Source: Chiloscyllium plagiosum | Lineage: Eukaryota | Assembly (NCBI RefSeq): GCF_004010195.1 | Contig: NC_057744.1 | Coordinates: 4,641,589-4,705,588, forward strand | Length of the DNA: 64,000 nucleotides | Direction of reading: 5' to 3' | Shown: in pieces, positions 25,628 through 40,094 of the stretch | How positions within the stretch are numbered: position 1 is the stretch's first letter | Layout of the letters: every line of letters begins with the position of its first letter | Translations under genes and position numbers: made by a program | The notes under the pieces: model-generated | Databases searched by the model: none | Seen by the model: only the letters and a program-made list of their open reading frames with translations | What the model was told of the DNA's origin: nothing

Positions 25628-26295
25628 AATTGACCATTTTTTCATATCCACCTGTGTGACTTGTCTGAGCTGTATAAAAGGAGATGTTCAGCTTGCACAG
25701 TAAACCCACATCTGTGTACAGAGGGGGCGAGGGATAGTTCAGTCAGACCAACCCCCCTTCCCCTACCCCTAGCAAGGAAAATGTCAGCACCTTCCTTCAG
25801 CTCCACATGGAGGGAAAAAGTGAGCTGCTTTCGACTGCAGTTCTGTGTTGGAAATTTTGTAATGCAATACGTTAATGTTCCAATGAAAACAAAGTGTGGG
25901 AAACTCTCAGTGGGTCTGGCAGCATCTGTGGACAGAGCAACAGAGTTAATGTTTCAGGTCTATCAGTCGTTGCGCAGTAACAGTCTCACCTCCTTGAGAT
26001 CAGACACTTTCCTAAACAACTTGTTCAGAGATGTTATGACACACTTCTGGAGCAGTGGGACTTCAATCCGGCTCAGAGGTAGAGACACTAACGCTCTGTC
26101 ACCAGAGCCTTCGTGCTGCAGTGAAACTTGAACCTATGGGCCCAATCTATTAGTCTCTGAGTTACTAGCAGAGTGTGGGCGACATTACCAATATACCACA
26201 CCATCACTTCAGGAAGGTTGTGGATTCAAGATGTCAAAGGTGTGGTTGCTCAAAGAAGAGCATTAGACAGGGCTTTCTTTGTCCCTCCCGGTTCT

Positions 26296-26555
26296 TAGAA
26301 TCCCTACAGTGCGGAAGCAGGCCATTCGGCCCATCAAGTCCACAATGCCTCATCCAAACAGCAAGCCACCCAGACCCTGTCCCCATGAATCTGCATTTTC
26401 CCCAAACCTGCATGTTGTCAGATTATGGCAGGTAACCTACGCAGACATGGGAGAATGTGCAAACTCCACCCAGATGGTCACCTGAGGTTGGAATTGAACC
26501 TGGGTTCCTGGCACTGAGGCACAGCAGTGCTAACCACTGAGCTGCCATGCTGCCC
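26296..26555 (-). mobile_element. HE1-type V-SINE with internal deletion
   Basis: Head and tail motifs present. Confidence 0.8.
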
Positions 26556-27670
26556 TAATTGAATGTAAAACAATCTCATAGCACTATTTTCAACAAGAAG
26601 TGTTCTTCCCCTTCCACCACAGTGTCCAGAGGTTTAATCACATGGTGGTGTTCTGACTGGTTTTTGCATCACAGCAGGCAAGGGTTCCACTCATTTTGGA
26701 AGTGTGGTGATTCACTGATGTCTGCCGTGTTTGGTCTACGTTACATGTGACTCCAAGCTCACAGCAACATTGTTGACTCCCCCCTGAAAAGGCCCAATGA
26801 GTCGCTTGGCTGAATCACAAACGTAGAAATGCTTGGATTTTCTTTGACAAAATCAAAGCAATAATGAATTAGTTTCCCCATCCTTTTAATAGGGATACAA
26901 GAAGAAATGTGGGCAGCCTGTGGTCATCGCCAACTCTGAGAAAAGAACGAGACAGGGGCATATACAACAGGGTTAGATTGAAATGTTTTTATTTTGATTT
27001 GTGAGAGATCTTCTTTTCCATATAAAATAAATCTATTACCAGCATACAAAAATTAAATAGAATCTAGTATGTCAATCCTTTACACATTGGCAACCCATGC
27101 ATAGTTTATATTTGGCATCTAAATTAAAATTAAAGGCAATGCAAATTTCATGATCAGAGAGTTTGAGAGACACAGATTCTGCCCCGTTACCTTCTGGTCC
27201 AAAGTGTGCGTCCTACAGTCACCAGAGTGAAGGGAACACAACCATCCCATGTGATGGTGTGATCAAGTTGGGTCATTCCTCAACCAGTAAAGACAGCCAT
27301 TTCCACTCAGGCACAGTGACCCTCTGTTGTTTTCAGCTTCACTTAATGTCTTTAAAGATTAATGTTATTTTGAATTTTCTTCCTCAAGAAAGCCACGAAT
27401 AATGTAAAATTATGATTAACTTCCCTTGATAAATGGTGAGGTATATCCTTTGTCACCATTTTATCTTTCGACTTGCCCATCCAAGGTATGGGTGGTAGTC
27501 CATTCTGATTGGAGGTCATGTCTTGATTCACAGTTCCAAAAGATTTGAGTTGGGGGAAGAGGGGGCACTCATTCCTAAAACTCGACTGCAGGAAAGCCAA
27601 GTGTTTTCTCCCGACCTATGTGGGAAGGTCATTAAATAATGGGGTGGCGAAGCTTTAAAACACAAAGGAT

Positions 27671-27953
27671 GGCATGGTGGCTCAGCAGTTAGCACTGCTG
27701 GCTCACAGCGCCAGCATCCCAGGTTCAATTCCAGCCTCAGGCAACTGTCTATGTGAAGTTTGCACATTCTCCCTGCATTTGTGTGGGTGTGCTCTGGTTT
27801 CCTCCCACAATCCAAAGATGTGCAGGTCAGGTGAATTGGCCATGTTAAATTACCCATAGTGTTAGGGAAATGGGTCTGGGTGGGTTACTCTTTGGAGGGT
27901 TGGTGTGGACTGGTTGGACCAAAAGACCTGTTTCCACCCTGTAGGGAATCTAG
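27671..27953 (+). mobile_element. HE1-type V-SINE
   Basis: ggcatggtggctcag...ggttcaattcc...tttgcacattctcc...ctgtagggaatct. Confidence 0.9.
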
Positions 27954-30714
27954 TCAAAGCCAAGGTGCACACTGCATTTGGTAGATAGCACTCTTCCATT
28001 TTGTACAAGTCTCCAATGTTTACTGACTAGAATCTAGTAAAATACCATAATTCCACTCTCCACCTACTCTATTTAATAGGTGGAATTCTACAAATACTTA
28101 GAATGGTGTTTTCTTTCAAAAATCAATTGTTTTTTTTTTAAATCACCTTTTGTTGTGCTCCCCCTGCAATGTGTAACTCTGTAGTGGCCTCTGGAGATTG
28201 TGAAACTAGGCAATCCAGAGTTGAAGAATTCTGTCAGTTACAGTCTAGCATAGGACAAGCTCTGCAACACTCCTGCCATGTGCTAGCAACCCGGGCCAAT
28301 GGGTACGGACAATCCAGCTCCTTCATGGAACCTCAGGTTGACTTGACTGGAGCAGTTGGGGTCTCCAGTGAGCCATTACCTTTGGTTGACTGGTGCATAC
28401 AGGGGTGTACTAGGACACTCTTGGGGTTAAGAAACCTCCAGAAGGTAACTGGTCACAGGGTCTGTGGATATTGCATAAACTCTTGCTGTCTCTTTCATAA
28501 TGCCCAATTTCTTGAGCACATTGTGATTTGACATCTGACATGCATTACATTTTAACAAGTATAGTGAGGTAACTGGCATCACAGTATCACTCAATCTAGT
28601 GACATCAGTGCAAATTCTAATAACAAGTCGGTTACATTGTGGGTGTCCATTCAGCAGAATCAAGAAGCATCTTAAACCCCATGCAATCAGCAGGGTGAGA
28701 AATATTTTCCCCGGAGTTTGGGCATCAGTTTGTTCACCACCCACCACCTCCACATGGGTTAGCTTTGTTACTGATTAGAATCTATGGTGACTTGAAAGTC
28801 ATTTTCTCCTTGGATATGAAGTTGATGCAGCATTCTCAAGTTCGAGTCTCATCAACCACAGGCTCAGCCAAAATAATTGTAGCTGGCATCATTGTAGGTC
28901 CTTGCAATTTTTCATGCCAACTTATTTTAGTGATTCGTTCCATGCAATGAGGCTGTATGACCAATGTATTTCTTTATGTGGCATTGAGAGACCAAGGCCA
29001 CCTCTTATCATCGCAATGTTGTGCCACAACTTCTCGAATTGAGCTAAATTTCAACTCCCAACATTTGGAACAGGTTCAGACTTGGATCCCACAAATAGAA
29101 GGACCAAGTCTAAAAACAATGGCATTCAGTTCCCCTCCCTCACCGCCATAATGTAAGTATTGAAGATGTCAAGAATGCTTCTGTGACATTGGGGTGTTGT
29201 GATGACCCATTTCTTGGTAGGTTACTGTTTTGACTCCCATGTGGTACCAACCCTTTATTCTGTCAGATATTGGGCTTTCCTGGATCTGACCATCCTCTCA
29301 CCAGCTAATCTAGAGGCCAGTCATGAGTTTTTAAGATGCTTCCTGCTCATAAGGCTGATCAAAATCAGATCCAAATTTAGGCCAAAGTTGGCAGTTTAGG
29401 TTTGAAATCTGAATCCTGGCAAGAATTAATGACCCTGAGAGAAGGGAGAAGTTTCCCTCCTGACAGGAAGGATCAGGATTTTGAGAGAGAACTAACTCAC
29501 TGGGTGAGGATTCAACAGGATCACTCAGAACTAAATCTACATCCCATCCAACGGGGGCAGGTTGACTTCCTCCTGCTCAAATGGGATTGGATGCAATGTT
29601 GGTTTTACATCATCCAGATTTTAATCTACCTCAAATCCAATATGTAAAATAAAAACTCAAATGTTGTCTCTAACACCAGCCTGCAAGTTAAAATTGCTCT
29701 CTTTGGATCCAAGTTTTCCAGTTTTGAACAATGCATTGATAGTGACTACGATCATTATAGACTTTCTTCAAGCAAAACAGTGTGAGGTTTGATGGATGAG
29801 ACATCTTTTGGAAATTAGACACTCATTATTAAAGGAATATCTTTCCAAGATACTCTGAGAATGACCAGCCTCACTATCATATACTGATATTCTAAGGGAT
29901 TGCCAAGCAGATGCTTGTTGCTATGACACCAGTTGTAAATGGTGCAGTGGCTTATTTGCCTGAAAAGTGCTGTTGGTACATCAGGCAATGACATCATCAT
30001 TTTACTCGAGTAGTAAGATAATGAGACACTGCTTCCCATTTATTCCTAATGAGCAAATGGATTTGGTGGGGGAGCCAACACTCTGCCTTGTCAGGGGGTG
30101 GGGTGGAATTTACAATGAGTGAGATACAGTGATGTAACCATTGGTTTCTGATGGATACATCAATGCTCACTTTCAAGTTTTTGTCAGGTCCTTCACTGAG
30201 GACCCTTTATCATCTACCAGACACTTGGAAGGATCCACACACATGGAAGACTCTGGTGCAAATAGCTAAAAGGAAAGTTGTTCCTGGGTAATAATGCCAA
30301 CCTAATGGACATATCACTGGCAGGAAGTGCCACTGGGGTGGGTTCACCCAGCTATGGAGAGGGATGCAAACCCGAGGTTTGAGTTGGCAGTAAGTGGAAG
30401 GAGGGAATGCTGACTGATTTGGTCTAAAGGCTGAGGTGGTAACAGCAAAGACTCTACAATCAAAGCTGAAAACTGAAGGTGCAATAACAGAGGTTCCAGA
30501 GAGCTACCTGGAAGCAGCTCTCCAAAACCTCATTGGCTCTCTTCAAGCAGATTGAAAGGGCTTGACTGAAACCCATCAGTGACTGAATCAATTGGAGCAA
30601 TTAACTAATGGAAAAATGTTTGATAAATTATCATAATGTGAACATATAATGTGTCAGTGGCAGCTCATATTGCAATATTAGAAAGACCAGCCCAAAGGAA
30701 TTTTTGGATGATTT

Positions 30715-31095
30715 CTAATCAACCTGTTCAGTGATGTTATTACACACCGTTGGAGCAGGTGGGACATGAACCCGGGTCACCTGGTCCAGAGGTGGGGACG
30801 CAACAACTGCACAAGAGACCTAATAAAGGTATCTTCATACTCTCTCATCAATCGGTTCTGAGATATTATCATGCTCCTCTGAAGTAGGTGGGACTTGAAT
30901 CCAAGTTGCCTGGCTAAGAGGAAGGGACCCTACCATCACACCACGAGATCCCAAAGAAGTTTTAATTTTTTTTAAATTAACCTATTTTCTAATCAACATG
31001 TTCAGGGATGTTATTGTGCACCTCTGAAGTATGTGGGACTTCAACTTGGGCTTCCTTGTCCAGGGGTGAGACACTACCATGGCGTGACAACACCC
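30715..31095 (-). repeat. Three tandem diverged tRNA-derived SINE heads (~135-bp period)
   Basis: Repeated tgttcag.gatgttat...ggtgggacttgaa...ctacca units; the reverse complement has box A/box B-like motifs. Confidence 0.7.
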
Positions 31096-34000
31096 CCCCC
31101 CACCCGAAAGGAGTTTTTGTTTATAGATCCCAAAGGGGTTTAAGTCACTTTTATTTAAAAGTATCTACCTGATGCCCACATGTAGTTAGTGATGAGCCTG
31201 GGACCTCCCTGATGGTGAGAAAATGCAAAGATCTACATTCATAATGCAAGAACAGCTGGCTCCCCCAATGGGTCCAAGTGCCTGAATATACATAAAGTGT
31301 ATGAACGCATGTCTGTGTCTTCAAAAGAGGACCACTTGGAGGTGAAGGGGGAGTGGAGCTCATTCACTGCTTTTCCATGAAATAATTATTGCTGGAACTA
31401 TTTTGTAAATAGAATCTAATCCCAATATTGTCACTATTAAAGAACTGAAAGTCACTTCATGATTGCCAATGTTCTTGTTTGTACACAATAGCGGTGGTGA
31501 CAGAAATTTGTACATGCCACACTGTCAGCTCCCCAAATTTTCTCAAGGTGCTTTCTTTGAAAAGCAATCAATTCCTATTGGTAATGCTCCCCTTTAGGAC
31601 ACAGATCATCTTCCTTCACATATTTGTTCAAATTTGTATTCCTGTTGTTTAGAAGGAAGGTTTAACTAACTCTATTACAGGAAGTGTGCGACTGCACCAC
31701 TTCCTGGGCACAGTGACATCACCGCACTCAAAGGTCTTGTCTGGAAAGTTCCCAATTAGTTGCACATCTTTGGCAACTTGAACAAGAAAAATGACAACCA
31801 GAATCTTAAAGTGATCTTTCAAGTTCCCGACTGACCAAGCTTCAGATAATTTGCCCCTTAATTATGTCTTTGAAAGTCACAGCCAAAAACAAAAGCCAAG
31901 AGCTAAAATTGTATAAAGGTAGCATCCTGAGTAGCATCTTCTGTTATTTAATATCATTGGGCATGCAGAGTAATCGGGTGCTATGCAAATACTCCCAGAG
32001 TTTTATAATTGTTTAGAATATTTTTTGTGAATTTCTGAATGATTGCAATGGTAAAGCAGTGGTTCTGATCTCATACAGTGCACATTGTATCTTGGAAACT
32101 GACAATTCATTCATATTATGTTCTTCACACCTCAATATTGACACTCTGTACAGCACCAGTGCCTTGTGCCCAAAGGTGGGAAGTTCAGATTGGAAAGAAA
32201 GATAGTCTCGCTTCTCAAGGAGTGCAAGGTCTTTCTGCATCCAGTTTCTGACTTTGGTATAAACTTATGGAGAAGTGGCGTACATTTATACTACTTCTTG
32301 TATGTTTACAAATCACATGACAACTAGGGTGATTTATCTCATCAATTTGGACCAAGACATAATAAGGAAAAAGAGTAATGCAGAGGAATAATTTGCCATA
32401 TATCTTTGAGTGTCTCATCTCCTTTATGCTGTATTTAGAACACAGAAAGAGGCCAGTTGATCTCTGCTGATGACTGTGCCCCACGTGAGTCTTCTCCCAG
32501 CTTTCTTCATCCAACCCCATCATAACCGTTCCTCTCTACTACTACTTTCTACTCCTTTCTCCTTGTGCATTTGTCCAGCTTTCCCTCAAACATATTTGCA
32601 CTTTTCACTTCAACGTCACCCTGTGGGAGTGAGTTCACATTCTCACCACTCCCTAGGTATTCCCTATGTAAATTCTACACGGACCTAAAGGAGGGAACAT
32701 TATCCCCAAGATTCCTCCAGCTGCTGTCTTTACTGCAATGAACCATTAAGGTTTCACTGAAGGTGCTTTTCTGAAGATAACCCAACATCTGAACTCTCCA
32801 TTTTCCAGATGGCTATCAGCTGGGAAACCCCAGCTGGGAGCTTCCTGGCTGAGAAAGGATGACCTATTGTAACTGATCATAGAGGTTTAGAATCATAGAG
32901 ATCAATAGCACAGAAAATGGCCCTTCAGCCCGTCAAGTCTGCTCCAGTCAAAAACAAACACTATTCTAATCCCATTTATTCCACTGATATAACAGCAGGG
33001 CAGAGAGATCTTGTATGGTGGGGAGGGGGAGGTTGAGAGGGATGTAAGCATGGGTGCTAGGGTTGAGGAGGGCTAGATTTATAATGGATTTATAAGAGTC
33101 TACAGTGAAATCTAGAGTACAAACTCAAGGTGTGTGCCATAACACTTGGTTTTTATTAATGTCCATCACTTCTGTGCTGACATCAGCTCAGTTAGGTGTA
33201 CCACCAATGTGGGTGTGCGATACGACATATCTGATGTGTGGTCAGCTCACAATCTCATACATTATCTTCTCTCGGCATAGCCTTCAGACTGTCGACATTC
33301 CTTCACCATACTGCGTCACACTCCTGGAGCTCCCTCACAAACAGTACTGTGGGTGTCCCTACATGCCAAAGACTTCAGTAGTTCAAGAAGATAGCTCAAC
33401 ACCACCTTCTCCAGGACCTTGAGGGATGGGCAATAAATGTTGGCCTGGCCAGTGATGCCCACAGCCTTAGAATGAAGTAAAAACACCAACTCCTGGTAAC
33501 AGCCACGGGCTAAGGTGTTGTGCAACCCGACTCATCCACATTTTCTTTCAGTTGCTTTTAAAGGGTGGTAGCTTTTGACCATCATCATAACTTTCTCAGA
33601 ACACTTTGGGAAAGTTTGTGGATTGCAAAATTAATGCAAGCCAATCAGAAAATGATTGTTCCCTCCACTCAGACACCAGCACCTCAAGATGGAGTTAGAT
33701 GAAGACAATCATAACCCTAACCTTATCGCCCAACAACCCAGAGAGATTGCATCACAGCAGCCATTGCTCTTCTTGTTGGTTCCAAGGGTTTTGTATCCAC
33801 CAGCCTCCCAGAAACCATTCTCATTGCTTGACGATCTCTGACACTGGTTTTCAAATTGCCTCATCACCCCATTGTCCTTTGTCCAATGTTTCCCTCCAAG
33901 CTATGAAAATATTCCCCCACAACCTCAGTTTTGGGACAATGGTAAGATCTGAAGAAGGTATTTTTTTCTCTCCTGATTTGATAATATTTTTGATAAAAGC

Positions 34001-37000
34001 GAAATTTTGCAGATGCTGGAAATCTGAAATGAGCAAGAAAATGTTGGAAAGACTCAGTGGGTCTGTGGAGAGAGACCTTGAAGACTTGAAACATTAACTC
34101 TGTTATTCTCTCTCCACACATCCTGCCAGAAATGTTGAGTTTCTCCAACATTATTTGTGTTTGTTTGACATAATTTAGCTTTGATTGAACTTCCATTAAG
34201 TATTTTATCCCTGGTCTGATACCAGCACACTTAAAAGAACATTAATATCACTCAGTGTCAGCTCTGCTATTGAGTTAAAGGATAGCTGAAACAACAGTCA
34301 GCAGGTTTTAGGCAATCACACTTCCTCCAGCAATCTATCACCCACAATTGGGACTCTTTCCTGATCGTACTCCTGTTTACTGTGTTTTTGTTACATCAAT
34401 AGACCGGGATGGCAAAGGTTAACAGCAAAGGTCTCAAAATGACCAGGGGATGAGTGGTCGGACAGCAGAGGGAGGTGGAAAGTTCCTCTACATCCATGAA
34501 TTCATTGTCCTATCCTGGAACCCAGCACTGAAATGGTTAATATTGCTACTTCTGCTAGAATGCACCATGTTTAATCAAAATGAGACAAGGGGGTCATCAG
34601 ACCAAGCATTCCCATACAACTCCCATCAGCTCCAGTTTCCCAACATTTTCAAGAAACCTCACTAAGACAGTGAGGAACCCAGTGATGATACCGTTCTCCT
34701 GTCCCTGTAACAAGCTATGTCTATATCCCTCTATGTTTTCTCAAGTTCGTTTGCCCTCGGCAATTGTTTTGATAAGACAACCATTAACTGGTTAACTATC
34801 GCCCCACAACCGAAGAATAAATGGGACAAGAAAATTGTGTAAAGTCACCAAGAAATTCAGAAAAAAAACAGATACAGGAACAAAAGAGGAGGAAAAAATG
34901 TCAACAGCAATAAGGGAGTAGCTGTCCCATTCCAATAAATGGGCAAGCTTTTTTATATTTCCAATTTATCTACATTGAGAAGAGAATCAATGCTAACCAA
35001 TACTTTTTTGGAAGGATAGGACGAATGGTACCTATTACATGGGATGAACTGGAATAAGTCCAAGGTCTAATGTGAACAGGTTTTTGTTATGATCATGAAG
35101 GTTAAGGGAATGTAGGCCTTTAGCTCAAAGCATATACAAAGTGAGGTTACATTTCAATCGGACAGAGCCTTGGTCTCACATTATCTGGAGTAACTATGTT
35201 TAGTTCCAATCATTACATCACAGGAAGCATATATAGGTTTTGGAGGAATGCAGAGGCATGCACAGCGCGAAGGACTGAAACACATAGGACGTGCTACACA
35301 AACCTGGCTTGTAATCTCTTGTGTTCAGAATATGGAGGTCTTTAAAGGTCATCAAGGTCTTTAAAGGATTTGAGAGAGTGGAGAGAGGAAAATATTTTCT
35401 CCAATCGGGCATCAAGGACAGAATTGGATTATCAGAGCCATGTACTTGAGGAGTGAAATCATGAAACATTTCTTCATGTAAGGCTAGTGGAGATCTGGAA
35501 CATTCTTCCCAAAATACTGAGAGTCAATTAAAGCTGCTAAGATTGAGGATGATAGATTTCTGTGATGGAAGGGAATCAAAGGAGGTCAAGTAATGATGGT
35601 CAGATTGAGGTACAGGTACAAATTAACCACAATCTAATTCTGTGGCAGTGCAAGAACAGAGGGCTGAATGGCCTCTTCTTATGGTCACTCTGATAATGTA
35701 GCTTTATGCTACAAGTGTCAGTGACAGCTTTGCCAATGTACTGAGAGTTCTCAACACATGCACCAAGGTATTACAGAGATTTGATAAGTGGGGGCATATT
35801 GATATAAACTTTTTTTTAATCCCTTCATGGAATGTGGGTGGCCCTGGATGGCCCAATATTTATTGCCTGATCCTAGTTGCTCTTGAGAAGGTGGGGGTGA
35901 GCTGCCTTCTTGGAACTGCTGTAATCCAAGTGCTGTAGGTTGACCCACAATGCCATTAGAGAGGGAATTCCAAGATTCTGACCCAGTGACTTTGAAGGAA
36001 GAATGATATATTTCCAAGTCAGGATGGTGAGTGGTTTGGAAGTGAACTTGAAGGGGGTGGTGTTCCTATGTGCCTGCTGTCCTTGTCCTTCTAGATGGAA
36101 GTGGTCACGGGTTTGGGAGGTGCTGTCTGAGGATCTTTGGTGAATTTCTGCAGTACATCTTGTAGACGGCACACACCACTGCTACTCAGCGTGGGTGGTG
36201 GAGGGAGTGGATGCTTGTGGATTCATGGCCAATAAAGTGGGCTGTTTTGTCCTGGATGGTGTCAAGCTTCTTTAGCGTTGTTGGAGCTGCACTCATCCAG
36301 GCAAGGAGGAAGTAATCCATCACACTCCTGATATGTATTTTGTAGACGGTGGACATGCTTTGGGGAGTCAGGAGGTGAGTTAATCACTGCAGTATACTTA
36401 GCTCTGAACTGCTCTTGTAGCCATTTTGTTTATGTGGTGTGTTTGGTCAGTAGGAAGTGCAATTCAGTGATGGTAACACCATTTAATGTCAAGGGGCAGT
36501 GCTTAGATTGTCTATTATTGGAGATGGTAATTGCCTGGCATTTTTATGGTGCGAGTGTTACTTGCCACTTGTCAGCCCAAGCCTGGATATTGTCCAGATT
36601 TTGTTGCATTTGAACAAGGACTGCTTCAGTATTTGAGGAGTAGCAAATGGTGCAGGAGTGTTGTGCAATCATTGGTGAACAGCCCACTTCTGACCTTATG
36701 ATGGATGAAAGGTGCAATTAAAAGGTATATCTAGATTACAGTCACATTGAGAAGCAGGTTTTACACCCAGACAGCTATAAAGGTCTGGAACTCACTATCC
36801 GAAGGACTGATTGATTGACAGCATATCCTGATTGCATTTAAAGATTTGGACTATATCTTGAATGTTGTAACTAACACAGTGACAGACTAAGAGCTGGAAG
36901 GTGGGATAAGAGGTAGTAGCTTTTTTCTGTCCAGTACGGACATGATGGGGTGAATGGCCTTCTGCACCATAAATTTTCTCAGTTTCTACCCTCTTTTGCT

Positions 37001-38185
37001 ACACTCTTCTCCCAGTTATATGTGGTGACAAGAAAATTAGGTTTCTGGGGAGTGAGAAACAATGGCTGACTATTGCCCCAGTCTATATTCACAGACAGCC
37101 ATGTTTCAAGCTACAAGTGGACCTTCCCAAAGCGAACCCAAATAAATGCTGTTGAACTGGAAATCTCTCAGAGATATCCCTGATAGCACTGCTTCCCAAT
37201 CGGAATTATTCCTGTGCTGTTTTGGGGCAGCTGCCACCAACACTTGCTAGTTAGTTTAACCTAGTTAGCTGAGCACCAATTTACAGCTGTTATAATGGGC
37301 TGGAAGTCTGAAGTAAAAGACAGACTCAGCAGGTCTGGCATGAGAGAGAAACAGGGTCTAGATTAGAGTGGTGCTGGAAGAGCACAGCAGGTCAGGCGGC
37401 ATCCGAGGAGCAGGAAAATCGACATTTCGGGCAAAAGCTCTTCATCAGGAGAGAGAGAAAAACAGTTAACATTTTGATTCCGGAATGACACTTCTTTAGG
37501 ATTTTTCACTGCAAGCTGCCATCAACTAAACTTAAACCAACTTGCCTAATCATTGTATTCCTGGTTTAGCTAAATATGTCTCTGCAACAGATGACATTTC
37601 TCAAGATCTTTCCAATGATGAAAAAAAACTTGGGTTCCAGCAGAGTCAATTTAGATTCTCAGCAACCTCCCGGCCTTCCCAGCACGATTGTGGGTTAGTC
37701 AGGAGAGATGTCCTGGCATGGTTTAACTCGTCATTGACTGCAGGAGAGCCAATTTATCTCAAGGGGCACAATCAAGTCAAAAGGAAGGAGTTGAAAAGTA
37801 CAGTAAAACCCTGGCATAAAAGGCATCATGCGGCACAAGTCTGGTGCTACACAGCTGGTGTACATCCCTGTATGAATTGAATTGCATGCAGCAAGGTAGA
37901 TGAAGTTACATGCGATAGCATCTCCGAGCTGGATGTGACAGTGTTGAGGATAAGGGAAGGGAGAAGTAGGCAGTACATGTGAGCGGGGCGGTCAGGAATG
38001 AAGTCATGTCCATGACTGTGATGTCTCAAATGGATGGCCCAACTCTCCCGCGCAATCAGTGCACAATTCACCCACTCCCCTCCCCATTCTATAATCAGGT
38101 TACCTTACAAACTGTGTGTACCCGCTAGTGTTTTTATAGGCACGTCACATGTCTTTAAGCACTGATGCTAAAATCGGTGCAATCT

Positions 38186-38273
38186 TCAAGCCTTTCGTGG
38201 GGTTTTGAGGTCGGTTTTGGAACCGTAATGTCCACGCTCAGTGTTGGCACAGGAGTTTACCAGGCACTCCTTC
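38186..38273 (-). CDS. SCN4B: SCN4B exon 5 (KECLVNSCANTERGHYGSKTDLKTPRKA-stop)
   Basis: ctttctAG acceptor; KKECLV matches the beta4 tail; TGA at 38188-38186. Confidence 0.93.
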
Positions 38274-40094
38274 CTAGAAAGACCACAGCAAGCACCATGA
38301 GTAGAAGCACCTACCCACTGGTGATATACAGCTAACACTTTGTTTACACAGGGGCACAGGCAATGCAAATTCAACCAGTTAAAACGTTTCGGTCCTGAAT
38401 TTCCTCAGAGCTGCTGTAACTGTGCTTTAGCCTGGACATTGCTTCACCCATGTGCTGGTGGGAAGGGATGTTTTCCCCACTCGTACAGGAAAGGTACAGC
38501 CACACAGATGAAACAGCTCCCAGGAAATTCTGAGCCATATTCCAGACAAAAGGCATTGCATTTTAATAATGTCTTTCAAGATGTCCCAAAGTGCTTTACA
38601 TTCACTGAAATACTTCGAAAGTTAAGTCACTGTTGTGACTTAAGATGGCAACACCTTCTGTGCACAGAAAACTCTCCCTTGTTACAATGACGACATGATT
38701 TTTTTTGTCATGTACTACTGATTGAGGGAGAAATGCTGATCAGGAATCTCCACAGAATGCCCCTGCTCCTCTGCAAAATAGTGTCAGAGGATCTTTTGGG
38801 ACCTACCCGTGAGGTAGATAGGACCTTGGGTTAACACCGTATCCAGAAGACAGCTCCTGTGACAATGCAGCACTCCCTCAGTGCAGGTGTTGTGCTCAGG
38901 TCCCTAGGGCGAGTCTTGAACATACGCCCTCTCAGGTGTGTGTGGTGTCCAGTGAGGCATGGGGGAGAGAGAGAGAGGTTCAAGCAGAAAAAAAGTATTA
39001 AAATGGGATAAATTAACAAGAGGGATGGAATTACAACTGAGGTATTGGATGAGGAAGGAAGTCAGAATTCAAACTGGCGTGACTTTGGCACAGGAAGATT
39101 CCATCATCTGATGGGACATGGCTGCTTGTGTCAGACACAAAATGATGTCCAATCATTAAGCAAGTAAATTATTTACTCCATTATTACCCAAGACTCGACA
39201 TTCAAAGGGAGGGGTTTGCTGGGGGATGGGGGTGGTTGTGATGATGTGGGTGAGAGGTGGTGGGCGAGCACAGTAGAGGGTGAAAAAGATTGCACCAGAA
39301 CTAACTCTAACCCTATCACAGGAGCAGGAAATCTGAGACTGACCCAATAGCCTCAATGGACTAGAAATGCACAAGGAACATGTCAGCGAGTGATCAGAGA
39401 AAGGAGTTTGTTCACAAGCCTCAAATCCCGAATGATGTACTGGAAGAAACAGCTTAAACACAACAATTGAGATGCTACCTGATCAGGTAAGGCTTTTATG
39501 CCTGGATTCTAAAATAACATGGCTCTCAATATTAACAGGAAGCATTACAATCAATCCTCATTATTCTGTTTGAAGGTCAAATCCTTGCCAAGTATGGACT
39601 ATAATTCAACATTGAAATAAATTGTGTCACATTAGATAGACTTTTCCATTAAAAAGCCTAAACCTCAGACATGAATAATCTTTGTAGTGATCATATGAAG
39701 AAACTTATTATTCTTACTTGCATAGAATCAGTGAAGTATCCAACAGTAAACATTGCAGATTGTTCAGTCCTTGATATCTCTTAAGTAATCAGAGTTAAAT
39801 TCTCTCTCTACATAGAACTGGATGGATGGAAGCTTTTCGGCACATCACACCTGTGTTATTGCTAACTTCTACTGACTGAACAACAGCTGAACGTTATTTT
39901 TAATCAAAATAAAGCAGAGCTACATGATCAAATCATAGGCACAAACTAGTGAGTGGTGCGAGGTATATTGGAGCACGTTACAGTTAATCAGTTAGTGCAT
40001 CTTCTCATTCTAGTAACTGTTAGCTGCAAAGTTTTGCTTTAAGATGCATTTTTAAAAAATATTATAATGTTCTGCATTTTTTCATCTTACTTAC

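Noticed and set aside
27671-27745. tRNA gene
   Set aside because: It is the tRNA-derived head of a SINE continuing into the V-domain; no intact tRNA was recognised in the window.
28170-30420. Extra gene or Harbinger-like transposon remnant between the two genes
   Set aside because: Short ORFs lack recognisable domains or splice logic; the transposase resemblance is too faint to support without a search.
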